Below, piece after piece: positions 38,501 to 47,630 of a stretch of 64,000 bases of DNA; position 1 is the stretch's first letter; each line of letters starts with the position of its first letter. This DNA comes from a virus. Its lineage: Duplodnaviria; Heunggongvirae; Uroviricota; Caudoviricetes. The position numbers were made by a program, and so were the translations under genes. Below the pieces are notes generated by a model, which did no database searches, had not been told where the DNA came from, and was given only the letters and a program-made list of their open reading frames with translations. The stretch covers positions 64,001 through 128,000 of the IMG/VR virus record IMGVR_UViG_3300017700_000784; one strand, 5' to 3'.

Positions 38501-40549
38501 ATGTCAAAAATAATAGTTCCCTTACATCTTGCAGATCTTACTGTAACTCCTGCTTCTGTAGCTTCTGGATTTAAGAAGTTTTATTTGAAGGATGGAGAAC
38601 TAAAGTTATATAATAATATTATAGAAAAAGATGTAGTATTAGATAGAACTCTTGATGGATTTACTCCTTTACCTGGTGTTATAACATCAAATGATAGTGT
38701 CCTTACAGCTTTAGAGAAATTATATGCTACAGTAAGTGGGGGCAGTGGCACAACACCTAATATACAGCAAGTACTTGACATTTCACCTAGATATTATCAA
38801 AGAATTGATGCTAATTTAGCTAGAGTAATAGATTTTTTTGATACTGATGGATTTAGTGTAGCTACTCAAAATCAAGTTAATAGCGAAACTTCTGACTTTC
38901 AAATAGTATCTAATGGATTAAGTTATTTACTTACAGATTCGGTTGGTACTAGTCAAAATTCATTTTATTTAGGGCATTCTGGACTTTTTTATAGTTTAAT
39001 AGGAAATAATGGAAACGTTGGTTTTCAAATACCAATAAGAACAAGTGGAGGATCTGGTCTTGCTAATTTTTCTATTCAAAGTAATAAAGCAGTTGGTAAT
39101 TATTTATTAGCTACTCTTGATGATATTGCTGCTTATGTACCTACACTTCAACAAGTTTTAGATAATAATCATGATTTAATTAATGGTAATAATTTTCAAG
39201 GCACTGGAGCTGGAGGGGGTTCTGGGTTCAAATCTAGTATTATTGCATTTGGAACTGACGCTGCTAATAGTAATTTAATTTTAGGTTCATCTAATTTCTT
39301 TGGTACTAATTCAGGAAAAGATTCTCAATGTGGTGATACTAATGCAATGGGTGAACAAGCTGCGCAAGAATATATTGGTGGTAGTTCAAATGCTTTTGGT
39401 TTCCTTTCTTTATTTCAAGCTACTGGACAAGCTTTAAATGCTTTTGGAACTAATGCTTTAGCTTATAGTAGTGGGAATAATGTCAATGCTATGGGTGATA
39501 GCGTTGGTCTGTTTAACACTTTTAATAGTGTAAACTTATTTGGATACCAAGCAATAGCTGATGATGATTATCAAACTGTATTTTCAAGATATGATGCTAG
39601 TATTAATACTTTATATTCAGCAAGATTATCATATAAAAATATTACAGCAGATAGAAAATATGAATTACAAGATGCTTCAGGTACTTTAGCATTTTTATCA
39701 GATATTACAGGAGGTGCAACTAATTTAGGTTATACAGCAAGTCCAACAAACGGAATAGTTACAAGTGATACGGGAACGGATGCAACATTAACTTTAGCTG
39801 ATGGTACGGATGCTGGTTTAATGACGCCTGCAAACTTTACGAAATTAGCAGGTATAGCGACAGGCGCAAATGTGGGAGTTGTTCCAAACGGAGCTATTAC
39901 AGGCGCAACTAAAACTAAAATCACTTACGATAGTAAAGGACTTGTAACATCGGGTTCAGATGCCACAACAGCAGATATTGCAGACAGCACAAATAAGCGT
40001 TATCAAACAGATGCACAACAAACTAATAATGATGCTACTAGTTCTATTCAAACACAATTAGATAGAATTGAAACTTTTATATATTCTAAAAGTAATCAAG
40101 TTTTAGGTAGTCATACAGGAAATGCAGCAGAAACAGTATTGTTATCTGTTAATATAAATGCTGCATATTATGTGCCAGGAGATTTTTTAACTTTTTTAGT
40201 TGAAACTAAAAAATCAGGTGTAGGAGGTACTGCAACGTATAGAGTTAGAGCTGGAACAGCTGGAACTACTGCTGATGCACAAATTGCATTATTAACAGCA
40301 AATCCAATCAGTACTGTAGACTTGTCTTCTGAAAGAAGAAGAATGTCTTTTCTAACTGGTAATTTATTACAAGGTATAGCAGCGACTCAAGCATTAGCTA
40401 CAGATGTAACTTCTACTTCTAATGCAGTTACTCAAACATCTTTAAATCCAGCTAATGCCTGGAAACTTACTATAACTGTTACTAATAGTAATTCAGGAGA
40501 TACTACATCTTTAACAGGTTTAAGAATTGGGAAAATAAAATTAATTTAA
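38501..40549 (+). CDS. Tail fibre / receptor-binding protein (mosaic)
   Basis: ITSNDSVLTALEKL motif; two T[IL]QQVLD motifs; ~14-aa [AF][FM]G-x-x-A beta-roll repeats (39239-39560); KITYDSKGLVTSG fibre motif; followed by a chaperone-like gene. Confidence 0.75.
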   Translation: MSKIIVPLHLADLTVTPASVASGFKKFYLKDGELKLYNNIIEKDVVLDRTLDGFTPLPGVITSNDSVLTALEKLYATVSGGSGTTPNIQQVLDISPRYYQRIDANLARVIDFFDTDGFSVATQNQVNSETSDFQIVSNGLSYLLTDSVGTSQNSFYLGHSGLFYSLIGNNGNVGFQIPIRTSGGSGLANFSIQSNKAVGNYLLATLDDIAAYVPTLQQVLDNNHDLINGNNFQGTGAGGGSGFKSSIIAFGTDAANSNLILGSSNFFGTNSGKDSQCGDTNAMGEQAAQEYIGGSSNAFGFLSLFQATGQALNAFGTNALAYSSGNNVNAMGDSVGLFNTFNSVNLFGYQAIADDDYQTVFSRYDASINTLYSARLSYKNITADRKYELQDASGTLAFLSDITGGATNLGYTASPTNGIVTSDTGTDATLTLADGTDAGLMTPANFTKLAGIATGANVGVVPNGAITGATKTKITYDSKGLVTSGSDATTADIADSTNKRYQTDAQQTNNDATSSIQTQLDRIETFIYSKSNQVLGSHTGNAAETVLLSVNINAAYYVPGDFLTFLVETKKSGVGGTATYRVRAGTAGTTADAQIALLTANPISTVDLSSERRRMSFLTGNLLQGIAATQALATDVTSTSNAVTQTSLNPANAWKLTITVTNSNSGDTTSLTGLRIGKIKLI

Positions 40550-40556
40550 TTTAATT

Positions 40557-40856
40557 ATGTATTATAAAATAGATAACAATGGCTTTTATTTAGGAATAGC
40601 TTCAGATTCTAATGAAGACATGGAATTTTATACCGAAATAAATCCTATAGGGAATTTTCTTGTATTTAGATTCAATGGAAATACATGGGAAGAAGGAGCT
40701 ACAGTAGAGCAAATAGAATTAAATATTGAATCTAAAAAGGAACAAGCAAAAATACTATTAAGTGAAACTGATTGGTATGTCACAAGGTTAATAGAAACAG
40801 GTAAACCAATACCAAATGAAATTTTAGAACAAAGAAGAATAATAAGAAATTTATAA
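40557..40856 (+). CDS. Tail fibre assembly chaperone-like protein
   Basis: AKILLSETDWYVTRLIETGKPIP..I...R is typical of small genes directly after fibre genes. Confidence 0.65.
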   Translation: MYYKIDNNGFYLGIASDSNEDMEFYTEINPIGNFLVFRFNGNTWEEGATVEQIELNIESKKEQAKILLSETDWYVTRLIETGKPIPNEILEQRRIIRNL

Positions 40857-40867
40857 AATAAAAAATT

Positions 40868-41617
40868 ATGAAAAAAATTAAAGATTACATTTTTTCCTTA
40901 TCACAAGGAATATATACTCCATTAGCTGGAGTGAAAACTGTTTTCCAAATGGGAACTCAGTTAAATACAGATGCTGTATCTACAGCTATAACACTACCTT
41001 TCCCTTTTACTATAGGAGAGAAAGTAGAAACTACATTATTTATTTCTAATAATGGATTTGTAACTTTTGGTGATAAATTTCCACGAGTTGGTGAATATTC
41101 TCCTATTAGTTCAACTGTTACCACTAATCCTTTTGATAATTTGATTAGTGCTTTTGGTAATCAGTTAATAGCTGCAACCTCTGGTTCTCCAGAGATAAGT
41201 CATGGGACTAATCCTAGTGGAGATTTTGTGGTACAATTTCAAGATGTAGGTATTTTAAATACTATACAAGCTAAATTTACTTTTCAGATTATTCTTAAAG
41301 CAGATGGTAAAACTGTTCAAGTAGTTTTTGGGCCTAACTGTGTAGGAGGAGAAGTCAGCACTAGAGCTAGTCAAATAGGTTTAAGAGGTAAACAATCTCC
41401 TAGAGTTGATGGTGTTGGTAATGTTTATGCTACTCCAGAAACAAAAGATTATATTAACTTAAGCATGTCTAATGGTAATTATAACGTATTTCAACCAAAC
41501 AACAATCTCTCAGGAGGTGTGGCGCCAGGTAAAACAAATGCTTCTGCTGTAGCAGCTAGACAAGTTGCAGGAATGGTTATGCCACAAGCAGGATTAACAT
41601 ATCAGTGGATACCATAA
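40868..41617 (+). CDS. Beta-rich protein resembling a domain of Flavobacterium secreted surface proteins
   Basis: GIYTPLAG, AITLPFPFTIG, FISNNGFVTFG, YSPISST, ISAFG, FVVQF, FQIIL, QIGLRG. No signal peptide. Confidence 0.55.
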   Translation: MKKIKDYIFSLSQGIYTPLAGVKTVFQMGTQLNTDAVSTAITLPFPFTIGEKVETTLFISNNGFVTFGDKFPRVGEYSPISSTVTTNPFDNLISAFGNQLIAATSGSPEISHGTNPSGDFVVQFQDVGILNTIQAKFTFQIILKADGKTVQVVFGPNCVGGEVSTRASQIGLRGKQSPRVDGVGNVYATPETKDYINLSMSNGNYNVFQPNNNLSGGVAPGKTNASAVAARQVAGMVMPQAGLTYQWIP

Positions 41618-41626
41618 TAAGTAATA

Positions 41627-41654
41627 AGAGAGGGGAATAATAACTCCCCTCTCT
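41627..41654. terminator. Bidirectional intrinsic terminator
   Basis: AGAGAGGGGA-ATAATAAC-TCCCCTCTCT, a perfect 10-bp stem between convergent genes. Confidence 0.8.
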
Positions 41655-41664
41655 ATACTTTATT

Positions 41665-42300
41665 TTATGGACCATAATAAAAGGTCCCGGAGTTTATAGT
41701 TTCATCATTACCCTCTAACATATTATAACACATAGTAGCCAGTGTTGAGGTAGTGACTCTGTTTTTGTCATCTTTCTTTACGAAGTATTTAGAAGTCTGC
41801 ATGTAAGTATAGTCACAGCTTTCTTCAAATTGCTCTATATATTTTCTAGTAACCCTAAGAATAGTCTCCCAGTCATATTCAGGATATTCTGTAAAGAACC
41901 ACTTAAATTTCTCATAGAGTTCTTTAGGATTAGTTCTAAAGGATACAGTAGACCCAGCTTTTCTTCCTTTAGGGAACAGCTCATTATAATCTTTTATCTT
42001 TTCTTCCCAATCTTTATAGGAAATCTTTGCTATTTTCTTGATAAGCCCTAGATTACAGATATAAACTTCAGACTCATGAACTGTCTGTGTAGCTTTAGCT
42101 GTAAGCTTGTAAGTATAACCTATTATTGGATCATTCACCTCAGTAAGGTATCCATATAAAGAGAGCTTATACTGTTCATGTAAGTAATTTACAGTATCAC
42201 ACAGCATGTTGTTAACCATAGTGTATAATACATAATGACCATTAGGTGTTAGGTCATTTCTTTTTAAGAAATCATAAAATTCTTTCATGGTTGTTGTCAT
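41665..42300 (-). CDS. Hypothetical protein (possible DNA-binding/regulatory)
   Basis: 211-aa ORF with LFPKG..GS..FRTN and YMQTSKYF blocks; flanked by a terminator and an upstream small ORF. Confidence 0.7.
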   Translation of the reverse strand: MTTTMKEFYDFLKRNDLTPNGHYVLYTMVNNMLCDTVNYLHEQYKLSLYGYLTEVNDPIIGYTYKLTAKATQTVHESEVYICNLGLIKKIAKISYKDWEEKIKDYNELFPKGRKAGSTVSFRTNPKELYEKFKWFFTEYPEYDWETILRVTRKYIEQFEESCDYTYMQTSKYFVKKDDKNRVTTSTLATMCYNMLEGNDETINSGTFYYGP

Positions 42301-42451
42301 TTTTAAAGTAATCCTTATATAGGATTCTTAGTATATCTTTCTTTTCTGAGACTAATTTTTCATCATTAGCTCCTCTTTGTTGAAGAAGTTCAAGCTCATG
42401 CTCTATTGAAGCAAGCTTTGATCGCAATTCTTCTGTAGTTAAATTTTCCAT
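42272..42451 (-). CDS. Small coiled-coil protein (59 aa), absent from the ORF track
   Basis: Hand translation MENLTTEELRSKLASIEHELELLQQRGANDEKLVSEKKDILRILYKDYFKNDNNHERIL*. Overlaps the next gene start. TAAATTTG lies just upstream. Confidence 0.6.
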   Translation of the reverse strand: MENLTTEELRSKLASIEHELELLQQRGANDEKLVSEKKDILRILYKDYFKNDNNHERIL

Positions 42452-42458
42452 AGTACTA

Positions 42459-42466
42459 CAAATTTA
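42459..42466 (-). promoter_or_regulatory. Bacteroidota -7 element TAAATTTG
   Basis: Matches TAnnTTTG immediately upstream of the 59-aa ORF; chance matches are common in AT-rich DNA. Confidence 0.45.
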
Positions 42467-42530
42467 AAAATTAGTGAATAAAAAAACAATAAAATAACGA
42501 GTTATCTTCTCATTATTTTTTAAAAAGTGC

Positions 42531-42548
42531 TATATTATAAATGAGAGG
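42531..42548 (+). promoter_or_regulatory. Candidate late promoter TATATTATAAATGAGAGG upstream of the lysis cassette
   Basis: Shares TATATT-x-TAAATG..AGAGG with 8603-8622. TATATTATA also occurs at 38473-38481. Confidence 0.45.
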
Positions 42549-42585
42549 AGTTTAGATTGTTTATATTTTACTTTAAATTCAACTT

Positions 42586-43023
42586 ATGAAGACTATTTTT
42601 TCAAACTTACTAACAGGATTAGTATTATTTTTTACACCTATTCAGGGCCTATTATTAGCAGTAGGAACTGCTGTTGTATTTGACACATTTACAGGAGTTT
42701 ACAAAGCTGTAAAACTTGAAGGATGGGACTCTATAAAGAGTAGAACCCTTTCAAATATAGTAAGTAAAATGTTACTATATCAACTTTGTATTATATTAAT
42801 TTTTCCTATTGATAAGTTTCTGCTTAATGATCTTATCAAATATTTTTGTAGCATAGAATACTTTGCTACAAAACTAGTATGTGTAGTACTTTTCCTTATA
42901 GAGGGTACTTCAATTAAAGAAAACATAGAAGCAACACTTAACATAAGTCTTTGGGCCATGCTTAAGAAGGCTATGAAAAGAGCAAAAGACGTTAAAGATG
43001 ATATTGATAATTTAAGAGAATAG
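42586..43023 (+). CDS. Holin (toxin-secretion/phage lysis holin-like)
   Basis: Three hydrophobic segments, D.FTG..KA motif, E..SIKEN motif, basic C-terminus; first gene of the lysis cassette. Confidence 0.8.
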   Translation: MKTIFSNLLTGLVLFFTPIQGLLLAVGTAVVFDTFTGVYKAVKLEGWDSIKSRTLSNIVSKMLLYQLCIILIFPIDKFLLNDLIKYFCSIEYFATKLVCVVLFLIEGTSIKENIEATLNISLWAMLKKAMKRAKDVKDDIDNLRE

Positions 43024-43025
43024 AT

Positions 43026-43631
43026 ATGAAAGATATTAAATTATATTTTTTTGGTTTTATTGTAATATTTGTAATTATAGCATTACTAATGTTCAAAAGA
43101 TGTACTTCAGATAATCCTGAGGCACAACCTACTGTAAAGACAAGAATAATATATAAGACTGTAAGAGATACAGTTATAAAAACTCAGTTTAAATTTACAA
43201 CATTACCCGGTAAAATTACAACAGAGTATTTACCTAGTAAAGATTATGATTCACTTAAGACTCAGTATGAGACTATGAGAGATGATTATCTTGCAAGTAA
43301 CATATATTTAGACACTATTAAGCTTGATAGCCTTGGGTTTATTAAAATTAAAGATACTATACAAAAAAATAAATTAAAGTCAAGATTAGTTATTCAAGAC
43401 TATAAATTACCAACAGTTATAAAAGAAATTACTCTACCAGCCAAACCCAGAACACAGGTATATATAGGAGGTAATTTATATGGAAGTAAACAAGAATTAT
43501 TAATAGCCTCCCCTGGTATACTTTTAAAAACTAAAAAAGATAACATCTATCAGATAAATGCCGGTGTAACTTTCAGTGGCCAACTAGTAATAGGAGCAGG
43601 GGTATATTATAAGATTAAACTTAAAAACTAA
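43026..43631 (+). CDS. Spanin-like membrane protein
   Basis: N-terminal TM ending in FKRC (possible lipidated Cys), DTV/DTI repeats, C-terminal amphipathic beta strands ending GAGVYYKIKLKN; follows the holin. Confidence 0.6.
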   Translation: MKDIKLYFFGFIVIFVIIALLMFKRCTSDNPEAQPTVKTRIIYKTVRDTVIKTQFKFTTLPGKITTEYLPSKDYDSLKTQYETMRDDYLASNIYLDTIKLDSLGFIKIKDTIQKNKLKSRLVIQDYKLPTVIKEITLPAKPRTQVYIGGNLYGSKQELLIASPGILLKTKKDNIYQINAGVTFSGQLVIGAGVYYKIKLKN

Positions 43632-43636
43632 ATATA

Positions 43637-44653
43637 ATGAAGAAGAAAAGCATATTATTTATATTAAAAAAAAGGCAGATATATAGTAACACTACATATA
43701 GTACAACTAGTAGTGGGCTATTTAACTCCGCTAATTTTGTTAATGAGATGCTGGTAAATAATAATGTTGAAAGTAACATTGTACAGGTAGTTGATAATAA
43801 TGAGATTGACAAACATGTTACAAAGTTTAAACCTAACATTGTTATTATAGAAGCTTTATGGGTGGTACCTGAGAAATTTGAAGTACTTCAGAAATTACAT
43901 CCAAATGTAAAGTGGGTAATTAGATTACACTCAGAAATTCCTTTTATAGCAAATGAAGGAATAGCTATAAAGTGGCTTAAAGCTTATCAAAAATATGAGA
44001 ATGTTGAGATCAGTTCAAATTCTAAATATTTCATAAAGTCTATGACACCTATCTTAGGTAAATGTATTTCTTACTTACCTAATTACTATCCTATTACACC
44101 TTGTATTAAGACTAAAAGAGTACCAGATGATATCATAAATGTTGGATTATTTGGAGCAATTAGACCTCTTAAAAATGCTCTTACTCAAGCTGTAGCAGCA
44201 ATGTTATATGCTGATGAAGAAAAAAAGACACTTAACCTACATATCAATTCTTCAAGAATAGAACAGGATGGTGAAAATACTCTTAAGAATATAAAAGCTT
44301 TGTTTGCTAATACTCCTCATCAACTTATAGAGCATGGATGGTTAAATCATTGTGACTTTATAAAATTAGTTGCTACCATGGACCTTGGTCTTCAGGTATC
44401 TCTAAGTGAGACTTACAACATAGTTACTGCAGATATGGTCAACCAAGGCATACCAGTGATAACTTCTAAAGAAATTTCTTTCATAAATATGTTCTCAAGA
44501 GTAAAAATTACTAAAGATGCACAAGAAATTAAGAGAAAGATGAGGATATCTTCAGAATTTTCATTACTTTTTAAATGTATTAATAAGATAAAACTCTTTT
44601 TTAACTCAAAGAAGTCAGAAAAAGTATGGTTAAATTACTTAAAATGTAAATAA
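43637..44653 (+). CDS. Glycosyltransferase (GT-B, GT4-like)
   Basis: YLPNYY, VGLFGAIRPLKN..Q, GWL...F..L...DLGLQVSLSETYNIVTAD....GIPVI.S (E-x7-E/D-type nucleotide-sugar motif). Confidence 0.75.
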   Translation: MKKKSILFILKKRQIYSNTTYSTTSSGLFNSANFVNEMLVNNNVESNIVQVVDNNEIDKHVTKFKPNIVIIEALWVVPEKFEVLQKLHPNVKWVIRLHSEIPFIANEGIAIKWLKAYQKYENVEISSNSKYFIKSMTPILGKCISYLPNYYPITPCIKTKRVPDDIINVGLFGAIRPLKNALTQAVAAMLYADEEKKTLNLHINSSRIEQDGENTLKNIKALFANTPHQLIEHGWLNHCDFIKLVATMDLGLQVSLSETYNIVTADMVNQGIPVITSKEISFINMFSRVKITKDAQEIKRKMRISSEFSLLFKCINKIKLFFNSKKSEKVWLNYLKCK

Positions 44654-45081
44654 TGGTAACAAGTGCACAATGTTTTGCCAAATGGGGAGACCCTTTAACA
44701 ACAGCAGATGAAGGTAAGTATATGGTTCTTTGGGATGTTCCTACTGAATTGGAAATAGGAGTATTACCTAAGAAATTATATTGTAATAAAAGTATGATAG
44801 CTCCTTTAGCTATAGCTTTTAAGAATCTTATAGATAGAGGATTTGTAAAAGAACTTAAAACTTTTGATGGATGTTTTAATATTAGAAAAAAAAGAGGTCT
44901 ATCAAGTATGTCTTTACATGCATGGGGAATAGCTATTGATGTTAATGCTTCATGGAATCAATTAAATATGGTGCCAACTCTTTCTGCAGGATTTGTAAAA
45001 TGTTTTACAGATGCTGGATTTGATTGGGGTGGTACATGGACAAGAAAGGATGGAATGCACTTCCAACTAGCTAAAATATAA
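44653..45081 (+). CDS. Endolysin, peptidase M15 family
   Basis: GCFNIR, SLHAWGIAIDVN (SxHxxxxAxD), WGG.W...DGMHFQ. Confidence 0.9.
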   Translation: MVTSAQCFAKWGDPLTTADEGKYMVLWDVPTELEIGVLPKKLYCNKSMIAPLAIAFKNLIDRGFVKELKTFDGCFNIRKKRGLSSMSLHAWGIAIDVNASWNQLNMVPTLSAGFVKCFTDAGFDWGGTWTRKDGMHFQLAKI

Positions 45082-45137
45082 GAGAGAGGAGAAAATAAAA
45101 ACACTGTTTTTCTTTACTTTGTTGCTTCTTTTCTTCT

Positions 45138-45165
45138 GAAAGTCCCCCATTCCTGGGGGATTTTC
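45138..45165. terminator. Bidirectional intrinsic terminator at the late/replication module junction
   Basis: GAAAGTCCCCCA-TTCC-TGGGGGATTTTC stem-loop between convergent genes. Confidence 0.8.
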
Positions 45166-45449
45166 TATTTATCTACTTCTTTTCTCTGTAATCTATCTAT
45201 CTCAGCTGCTATCAAGGCACCAGCTTTTACAAGTTCTTTTATTCTGTCACCAGGTGTAGGTTTCCACCACTCCGGATCCCATGGCCACTCATCTGCACAT
45301 CCTGTAAGATATGCTTCAGCAGCCATAAGTAATTCAAACTTTGTATATTGGTCATCATGTTCAGGAGACCATCCTTCAGTTTTTATTTGTCTAAGTCTCT
45401 CTATAAGAATAAGACGTACACCATCTGGTTTTTTAAATTCTATATCCAT
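45165..45449 (-). CDS. Conserved phage hypothetical protein
   Basis: ERxRQ...EGW.PEHDD...WPW...WWKP...LVKAGALIAAEIDRL is a widespread phage family by recollection. Confidence 0.75.
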   Translation of the reverse strand: MDIEFKKPDGVRLILIERLRQIKTEGWSPEHDDQYTKFELLMAAEAYLTGCADEWPWDPEWWKPTPGDRIKELVKAGALIAAEIDRLQRKEVDK

Positions 45450-45450
45450 A

Positions 45451-45645
45451 TTAATATCTAGTATTAGTTTTTTTATCTAAAAGGTCATCTTGCTCACCAT
45501 CACATAAATAATTATAAATAATAAGTTGATTCTTTTTACTTTTTAAAAGTAAAGCCATCATTTCTGAATAAGCTTCAAAATCCTTATCATCAAAGTCACG
45601 CTCTATTTGGTTTAGAAAAGCGTGTTCAAGTGCTTCTACATTCAT
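45451..45645 (-). CDS. Hypothetical protein
   Basis: 64-aa ORF tiling between neighbours. Confidence 0.6.
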   Translation of the reverse strand: MNVEALEHAFLNQIERDFDDKDFEAYSEMMALLLKSKKNQLIIYNYLCDGEQDDLLDKKTNTRY

Positions 45646-47630
45646 TAAAATAATTTTAATTGGTTATCTTTTAGCTCATAAGGAAGCATTTCAGAGGCTT
45701 TTTCTATATTCTTAATCTCATCATAGATTTTATCAAGATAATAGCTGTCATCCACTCCATACTCTTCCCACGGCTTTATCTCAGCCTTATTAAATACAAT
45801 CTGTTGATATCTATTACTAGATTCAAGTTGTATTTCTCTTCCATCAGGATTACACTTAATAAGTTTTACTCCTTTATCCTTACCTGATATATAATACCTG
45901 ATAAGTTTCTGTAGTTTCTTCTCAACAAAAGTTCCTCCTTCAATTTTTCTCTCAACAAAGAACCAGTCTCCTTTAAGCTTTACACCAGCACAATAATCAA
46001 AAATGTTTCTGTTCTCTTTCAAGAATTCAACAGGATCTTTACCATCCATAAAATAGGCATAGAGCGCCATAGGTATAATCAAAAAGGACTTATTCTTGTG
46101 AAAAGGAAGTTCTTTAAATTCAAATCTTCCTTTACATTTTACTTCACCAGTGTCTTGTACAGCAATGTAATTATTCACATCACCTATAATCATCTTGTCA
46201 TATTGTACAGTCTCAAGCTCTAGGTTAGTTATTACCTCCCACTCCTTACAGATATCATAGAACAAATCTTTATATTTCTCTTCTATAATAAACTCTAAAC
46301 CATCAGTGTTCTGCATCAGAGGTTCAGCACCAGGAATTCTGGTAGCCAACATCTCATAGAGCATAGATAGCTGTAACTGACCATTCACAGTAATCCTAAA
46401 GGTAAGCTCTGGATCATACAAAAAGCTGTTCTTCTCTTTACTTAAACCATAAGTAGAGTTAAGAATAATCTTGAATAGATAATTCAAAGGATCTTTCTTA
46501 CCATACTTAGTTCTTTCATTATAGAACCACTCATATAATTCACAGAAATCCTCTATAGGAAACTGAGCAGGTCCCCACTTGTTTTTTATAGCAAGATTAG
46601 GATAGAAGCTTTTTACATCAGCAGATAGTATAATTCTGGTACCTTCTGCTTTATAGATACCTGGTTTGATACAGCCATGTAATCCTCCCAGACCATAATC
46701 AGTTTTTACACCTTTATACATCATGGTGTGTTTAGGCCCTTTCTCTACATCATCTCTGCCGGCATAGATTTTAGTATCTACTACCAAGTTCTTGAACCAG
46801 TTATGAACAGCCTCAAACTCAGGTGTAGTAAAAGTTATACTAGGAAGAATGATGTCACGCAGAACCACTTTATCACGGTAAGTTCTCATCTTCTTAATAT
46901 CTCTTTTATCTATACCTAACTTATTAGACAGAAAGTAAAGAAAAATCTCTTTACTTATTCTTGGCTCACTTGCAGAGTAAAGATTTACACCATACTTTTT
47001 ACTTAAAGTAGCTCTTAGGTTTATCTGACTAGCCATAACTTGTTCTCCATAAGAGTTCCTATGGAGATATATAGCTTTGGTAGATGCAACGTCATTCTCA
47101 CAGTATTCTAATACAGCTTGTAATTCTTCATCTGTAAGAACTGGGGTATTATGATGATGAGGCATCTCTTCAACATTCATCCAGTCCATAGAATACTGTA
47201 TCCACTTTAGAGAACTTCTTTTAGCGGGACTATCCCAGTGATTTAGCTTAAAGATATCTACTGTCTTAATGCTAAGTTTAAACTCTGGATAGTCTAACCA
47301 TTCACCTCTTGCTGCTTTCTCTATGATTTCTTGTGCATACTTAGCAAAGATTCCAGAAAGTGTATTACTATCTGTTATATCAAGCAATAACTTTTGGTTT
47401 TGGATTATAAACTCAGTAATTTGAGAGTCAAACCCCTGAATATTATATCCAAAGTGCCAGTCGTCATGCTTGATATTATCATTCAGGAAAGCTATAAGCT
47501 TAGGTAAATCATTATGATGTCTGTTTATTATGAAACTGTGTTTTTCTTTAGTTTTGTAATCTTCAAAGCAAACTATGAAGCAATTGACAATGGTTTCAAT
47601 ATCTACTATCCAAAATTTCTTATTTCTCAT
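45645..47630 (-). CDS. polB: Family B DNA polymerase
   Basis: Exo I VDIET; motif A SADVKSFYP; motif B KIILNSTYG; motif C QNTDG; KCKG. Confidence 0.92.
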   Translation of the reverse strand: MRNKKFWIVDIETIVNCFIVCFEDYKTKEKHSFIINRHHNDLPKLIAFLNDNIKHDDWHFGYNIQGFDSQITEFIIQNQKLLLDITDSNTLSGIFAKYAQEIIEKAARGEWLDYPEFKLSIKTVDIFKLNHWDSPAKRSSLKWIQYSMDWMNVEEMPHHHNTPVLTDEELQAVLEYCENDVASTKAIYLHRNSYGEQVMASQINLRATLSKKYGVNLYSASEPRISKEIFLYFLSNKLGIDKRDIKKMRTYRDKVVLRDIILPSITFTTPEFEAVHNWFKNLVVDTKIYAGRDDVEKGPKHTMMYKGVKTDYGLGGLHGCIKPGIYKAEGTRIILSADVKSFYPNLAIKNKWGPAQFPIEDFCELYEWFYNERTKYGKKDPLNYLFKIILNSTYGLSKEKNSFLYDPELTFRITVNGQLQLSMLYEMLATRIPGAEPLMQNTDGLEFIIEEKYKDLFYDICKEWEVITNLELETVQYDKMIIGDVNNYIAVQDTGEVKCKGRFEFKELPFHKNKSFLIIPMALYAYFMDGKDPVEFLKENRNIFDYCAGVKLKGDWFFVERKIEGGTFVEKKLQKLIRYYISGKDKGVKLIKCNPDGREIQLESSNRYQQIVFNKAEIKPWEEYGVDDSYYLDKIYDEIKNIEKASEMLPYELKDNQLKLF

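Noticed and set aside
2812-38781. Many 60-135 aa antisense or alternate-frame ORFs inside the large genes
   Set aside because: Fully nested in strongly supported genes, no recognisable motifs, composition typical of shadow frames.
45645-47630. Intein or intron in PolB or vRNAP
   Set aside because: PolB is normal length with contiguous motifs; no C...HN-[CST] splice junction or LAGLIDADG blocks were seen in either gene.
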